Assembly (NCBI GenBank): GCA_002633005.1
Contig: NMRA01000293.1
Span: forward strand, 360,756-424,755
Direction of reading: 5' to 3'
Length of the DNA: 64,000 nucleotides
Source of the DNA: Phoronis australis
Taxonomy: Eukaryota; Animalia; Phoronida
Below the pieces are notes generated by a model. The model made no database searches. It had not been told where the DNA came from and saw only the letters and a program-made list of their open reading frames with translations. The number at the start of each line of letters is the position of its first letter. Position 1 is the stretch's first letter. Of this stretch, positions 61,201 through 64,000 are shown piece by piece. The translations under genes were made by a program, and so were the position numbers.

Positions 61201-64000
61201 GCCCAGTCCCTAAATGTCGGATAGTCACCCAATATATACAGCTCTTTACTGGTAAAGGTGACACTCCAGGTGTTTACTTTGCATAATAGAACCATGCATG
61301 CACAACATCAGGATGCAGACAAAGCTGGTTGCATAACTCAAAGTGGCTCCTTTGATCTCTGGAGAAAACTTGGCTATGACTGAATCTGTTCATCACGGTT
61401 CAGAAAATGAGCTCCCAAATTTCAAAAAACGCTATTCCAATGAATTATTACTCACTGCAGCAATCCACTAGTTTTCAAATTGTTGTGCTCTTATTTTATA
61501 TTTGTTTGACTGATAAAGGAAATTTCTCTAGTTCAAGTTGGTTAATGTCTGTTTACAATGTGGATGTCAAACTAGAATGGAAACTGATTTTTTAATAATC
61601 AACTGTCTATTTCATATACTATAAAGAATTTTCTAGTGTGCAGTGCTCAGTGTTGTGTTACATAAACTGTCATTCGGCAGTAAATCATTTTTATGTGCAA
61701 AAGCAAATTAAGTTGAAATTCTTTCTCATTAACAAACATCTGTCACATTTTGATTAGTCCTCATTTTTAGTTTTATTATCCAGCTGCTGCTGAAGCCGTT
61801 TATTGTCAGCTGACTCTACTACATTGCTGTGTCAATTGTATGGACATTCTGTATCACTGCTGCCTTCCTTCTGTTGTGTCTCATCTGGACATTGTGCTGG
61901 ACAAGTACAGCCATATAAGTACAGGTACTGCTTGGCTACATGCCCATGTGACAGCGTTGAGACATTTAAGTTACTGATCTTTGGGATGTGAGGTATTATT
62001 CAGGCAAGGCCAGGACAAGTTAATGATGTCTTATCATGCTAATTTGTGCTTAGTTTTCGACAGGATTGACATCCTGGAACAAGAAAAGTTTGCTGACTAC
62101 GTAGTACTACATAGTTTTATGGTATTTGTTAAATGAAACAAAATGTACTTCAATTTAATTGAAATGTTTAATCAAATAATATGAAGACGCTACTTATAAT
62201 AACAAACCAAATTGACATTGAGGCAAAATTATGAAAAATGCTATTTGCTACTAACACTAAAATTTCTCCATTTTTGGACAGTAGAAAAAAAATTATTTTG
62301 CTCAAGGTCAGAGCCTGTACAAAATTTTAGAATACAGACATTATTGGCCATCCAAAATTCAAGAATTACAATTAATGATCATTCACCTAGATGTTGCACA
62401 ATATGAAAATGTTTCCGTTACTTTAATTTCGACAAGTTTATCTACTGCCAAGTCTATGTTGAAGGTTATTAATTCAAATCAAAAAGTCTGATATTTGAGA
62501 AATATGATATAAACTCCAAAATTAGCCATGTGCCAATCTGTAGTGAATGTTGATCATCCCTCGTGTGTAGTATGCATTGCAAACATTGAAAGCATATCAA
62601 CCTTCAGGGACGATCTGTGCGTTTTAAGCCATTGTTTTCATTATAGAAAACTTGAGCTTCTTAAAGACATGCATGACTGACTTCCAATCGGTAATGGACA
62701 GCCAGGGACTACTGCATCCCAAGTTGACTGCTCTCTGCAAGCAATTGATTCAATTTATGGCTGGCAAAAGACTGAAGAGTCCTGAGCATGACATAAAGGT
62801 TTGTGATCTTGAACTGTCTTCTGTTTACCAACAAACTAGTCTAGTGGGACATGGCTCTTTACATGCAAAGCAATATGTAGTTATGAGACTCAAACGACTT
62901 GCCAAATAGTCTTAAGGAGGCTGATGGTTGTGACGATTTCAGACTCAAACTCATCAGTTACCTGTGGTCATCATAGCTGTCTCTCCTTTTGTCACTTCAA
63001 TGTATATACCATATAAAAGTTTAAAGGTTTTAATTAAATTTAAATTTAATTTAATTTTATATAATTTTATTTTATTGATTTATTTTCATTTACTTATTAA
63101 ATTTATTTAATTCATTTATTTAATTCTATTTTATTGATTTATTTATTTATCGTAATCTATTTTGCCCGGGGTACGCCACGAGCTATGTTGCAGAGTAAAA
63201 CAATAGGAGAATTGCGAATATTGTCATTTATTATGACGTAAATAGACAAAACTAATTAAGACTCTGCAAGATGGGCATGGACAAAACGCCCACCGGCGTG
63301 TACAAAGAATAGCCCTGAGAGAGGGAACAAAACAAAAGAACTGCCTGAAGGGCTTAAAGGAAAAGCACAGAACATGAACACAAAACTTGAAAAAAACTAA
63401 CAGAAATATATATGAGAAAAGAGAAAGTGGAACCGACACCCGGGATGGGGGGTGGGGAAAAAATGCAGAGAACGAACGTAGGTCTTGTTGACGACGAGGT
63501 AGGTGGCTGAATGAGAGACCACGTTGAACTGAACAAAGGAAATATGGACAACCAATCAGGTTTCGCGTGGAGAAATGTATGAATACAAAAGAAGGCCCTT
63601 GAGGCTATAAATAGAGATGAGTAATGCAAAATAAACCCTAAGGACTGGTATCAAAATAAAGAGACAAATGCCAAAACAATGACGATAAATGCATTTAACA
63701 AGTTAAATTTAATTTATTTTTAATTCAGTCAGTAAAATGTTCTTTTTATTGTAATGTAACTTAATTGAATAATTGAATCTTTGTCTATTGTAATTTATTT
63801 AATTTATTTTTTGCTGTAGAGGAACATTCTGTATATTAGCCTTTGGCTAAAGCATGTTTTTATATCGTATTTTATCCTCTATTAATAAAGTTTATTATTA
63901 TTATTATTATTATAACCGCTCAACTCTTTCTTTATTCTTAGTGATTGTTAACTTGTTGGTGAACAATGTTCTGAAATTGCAGGTGTTGGTTATTGTCAAG
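49278..64000 (+). CDS. SHOC1: SHOC1 (shortage in chiasmata 1 / ZIP2-like) homolog, 5' part; about 20 exons here, continues past the window
   Basis: Exons include 49278-49313 (MPRFLAKDYLSE), 49496-49622 (YVHQGKMDDSAYQHPWTR), 50284-50401, 52073- (VVLSSNP), 53113-53263 (SRLKFKLIQDP), 54047-54134, 54451-, 54927-, 55318-55456, 56079-56176, ~56380-56599, 57819-, 58242- (DPLEVFLMLR), 58997-59055, 59459-, 60341- (RFLLKQQEK), 61783-61924 (LLHCCV), 62647-62798 (HPKL) and 63983- (VLVIVK). These motifs match recalled vertebrate SHOC1/C9orf84; several boundaries are approximate. Confidence 0.8.
51083..51497. mobile_element. MITE with TG-starting ~35-bp TIRs and 4-bp TSD TCTC (Ginger-like)
   Basis: tgttgtgcgtgaacttggaatcctgtttaatct ... 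agattaagcaggattccaagttcatgcacagca, with tctc on both flanks and repeated subterminal gtgaacttg motifs. Confidence 0.75.
55866..55998 (+). repeat. Interspersed repeat, second diverged copy at ~62277-62402
   Basis: Shared gacagta...aattattttg(t/c)tcaaggtc(g/a)gagc...aaattcaagaatt(g/a)ca...gatg(c/t)tgcaca. Confidence 0.75.
58471..58557. repeat. Short ~50-bp tandem duplication in a SHOC1 intron
   Basis: tcagatttgaa(g)ttgtgcacttattgtgaaatgttt occurs twice. Confidence 0.8.
60535..61045. mobile_element. Non-autonomous hAT-like MITE, CAGGGCTTGGAAT TIR, 6-bp TSD AATATA
   Basis: cagggcttggaat...attccaagccctg with aatata on both flanks and subterminal ttccgc/gcgga repeats. Confidence 0.85.

Noticed and set aside
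63030-63915. Purine-rich segment flanked by AT-rich low-complexity tracts in a SHOC1 intron
   Set aside because: Probably a repeat insertion, but no termini, TSD or coding motif could be established.

Overview
Eukaryotic (animal, most likely marine invertebrate) genomic DNA: AT-rich, spliceosomal GT-AG introns, draft assembly with one N gap and single-N joins. Three conserved intron-rich genes lie on the + strand: MED8 (~1.4-7.4 kb), geminin (~21.1-28.4 kb) and a SHOC1/ZIP2-like meiotic gene (49.3 kb to beyond the window end). Three unusual intron-poor genes on the - strand alternate with them: (i) a ~1941-aa two-exon GRL101-type GPCR with CUB-like + 2 C-type lectin + ~7 LDLa + LRR ectodomain; (ii) a ~156-164-aa protein resembling a stand-alone KCTD C-terminal (GFRP-like) domain; (iii) a ~1900-aa galaxin-like di-cysteine repeat protein built from a ~78-aa higher-order unit. 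Non-coding DNA holds two decayed LINE RT fragments, several MITEs (two copies of a CAGGG-ended family with 6-bp TSDs, a TG-ended element with a 4-bp TSD, a long foldback), a Helentron/DINE-like element within a cluster of co-oriented CTCF-like motifs, and mini/microsatellites. All calls come from reading the sequence and recalled family motifs; no database search was run. No prokaryotic systems (CRISPR, operons) are present.
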